Origin: an uncultured Gammaproteobacteria bacterium
GTDB lineage: Bacteria > Patescibacteriota > Patescibacteriia > Magasanikbacterales > GWA2-37-8
Direction: 5' to 3'
DNA length: 64,000 bases
Assembly (NCBI GenBank): GCA_964596525.1
Contig: CAZQUL010000001.1
Coordinates: 678,509 to 742,508 of the forward strand
The position numbers were made by a program, and so were the translations under genes. Shown piece after piece: positions 63,715-64,000 of the stretch. Every line of letters begins with the position of its first letter. Position 1 is the stretch's first letter. The notes beneath the pieces are model-generated. The model was not told the origin of the DNA. It searched no databases and saw nothing but the letters and a program-made list of their open reading frames with translations.

Positions 63715-64000
63715 ATGGCCACCATACTTGTTACGGGCGGGGCGGGCTTTGTCGGCTCTCACCTTATTGATCGACTCCTCGGCGATGGCCATACCGTGGT
63801 GTGTCTTGATAATTTTTTTAGCGGGCGGCGCGAGAATATTGCGCATCACGCAGGTAATCCGCGGTTCTATCTGGTTAAGCACGATGTCCGTAAACCGATC
63901 CGATTGCCGGTAGCGACGCTTGATCGTATTTATCATCTGGCATGTCCGGCCTCACCCGTGCAGTACCAGTTTGATCCGGTGGCCACGCTTGAGACGAGTG
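63715..64000 (+). CDS. UDP-glucuronate decarboxylase/NAD-dependent sugar epimerase-dehydratase (UXS-like), 3'-truncated at the window edge.
   Basis: Rossmann motif [19 protein letters not shown]...[13 protein letters not shown] and YHLACPASP. Confidence 0.8.
   Translation, partial: MATILVTGGAGFVGSHLIDRLLGDGHTVVCLDNFFSGRRENIAHHAGNPRFYLVKHDVRKPIRLPVATLDRIYHLACPASPVQYQFDPVATLETS

Noticed and set aside
1-64000. CRISPR arrays, IS elements/transposases, integrases and rRNA genes.
   Set aside because: No short regularly spaced direct repeats, no DDE/tyrosine-recombinase-like ORFs and no rRNA-like sequence were seen by eye. The only exact DNA repeat found is the 90-bp intragenic pair at 44193/44460.

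Overview
The window appears to be a chromosomal segment of an uncultivated, probably cell-wall-bearing bacterium with about 55% GC. The gene content leans towards a CPR/Patescibacteria-like lineage: many giant surface proteins, a bacterial ELP3 homologue, stand-alone σ70-consensus promoters and weak SD usage. This placement is an inference, not a demonstrated fact. Everything below is read by eye from the sequence and the six-frame track; no database search was run.

Housekeeping genes are clear. They are ybeY-dgkA, ftsA-ftsZ-nrdR, pyruvate kinase, glyA, an ABC-F ATPase, a nucleoside hydrolase, an overlapping NUDIX/GIY-YIG pair, an RRM RNA-binding protein, a KGG stress protein, ELP3, a SAM methyltransferase, an ECF sigma factor and a tRNA-Val(TAC).

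The rest is dominated by cell-envelope and accessory functions.
- A 5'-truncated protein of at least 2096 aa carries myxo-type Cys-rich repeats (CGxGxxExGExCD) and a LamG/ConA-like domain. Three membrane-anchored paralogues with bacterial TSP3-type Ca-binding repeats follow it.
- A processive GT2 synthase locus has a T2SSE_N-like N-terminal domain on the synthase, a BcsB-like partner and an opposite-strand CheY-like receiver.
- There are two tandem Fn3 surface-protein paralogues, a roughly 1230-aa S-layer-like protein, and a Wzy_C+TPR O-antigen-ligase-like protein followed by a UXS-type sugar decarboxylase start.

Candidate novel loci, in order of interest:
- A putative island abutting tRNA-Val that encodes a membrane-anchored protein with a caspase/CHAT-like His..Cys dyad, transcribed divergently from a PP2C phosphatase.
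- A compositionally distinct segment of about 5 kb (22.4–27.5 kb) with C-ending, high-GC codon usage. It encodes an M50 (site-2-type) metalloprotease, an HhH protein, lipoproteins and small unknown proteins behind perfect TTGACA-17-TATAAT promoters.
- A roughly 105-nt long hairpin with an embedded 27-codon mini-ORF in the leader of the nucleoside hydrolase gene.
- A tandemly duplicated Cys-rich ORF whose two halves share an exact 90-bp DNA core.

No CRISPR array, IS element or integrase was recognised. Long antisense 'shadow' ORFs opposite ftsZ, pyk, glyA and the S-layer-like gene were rejected.
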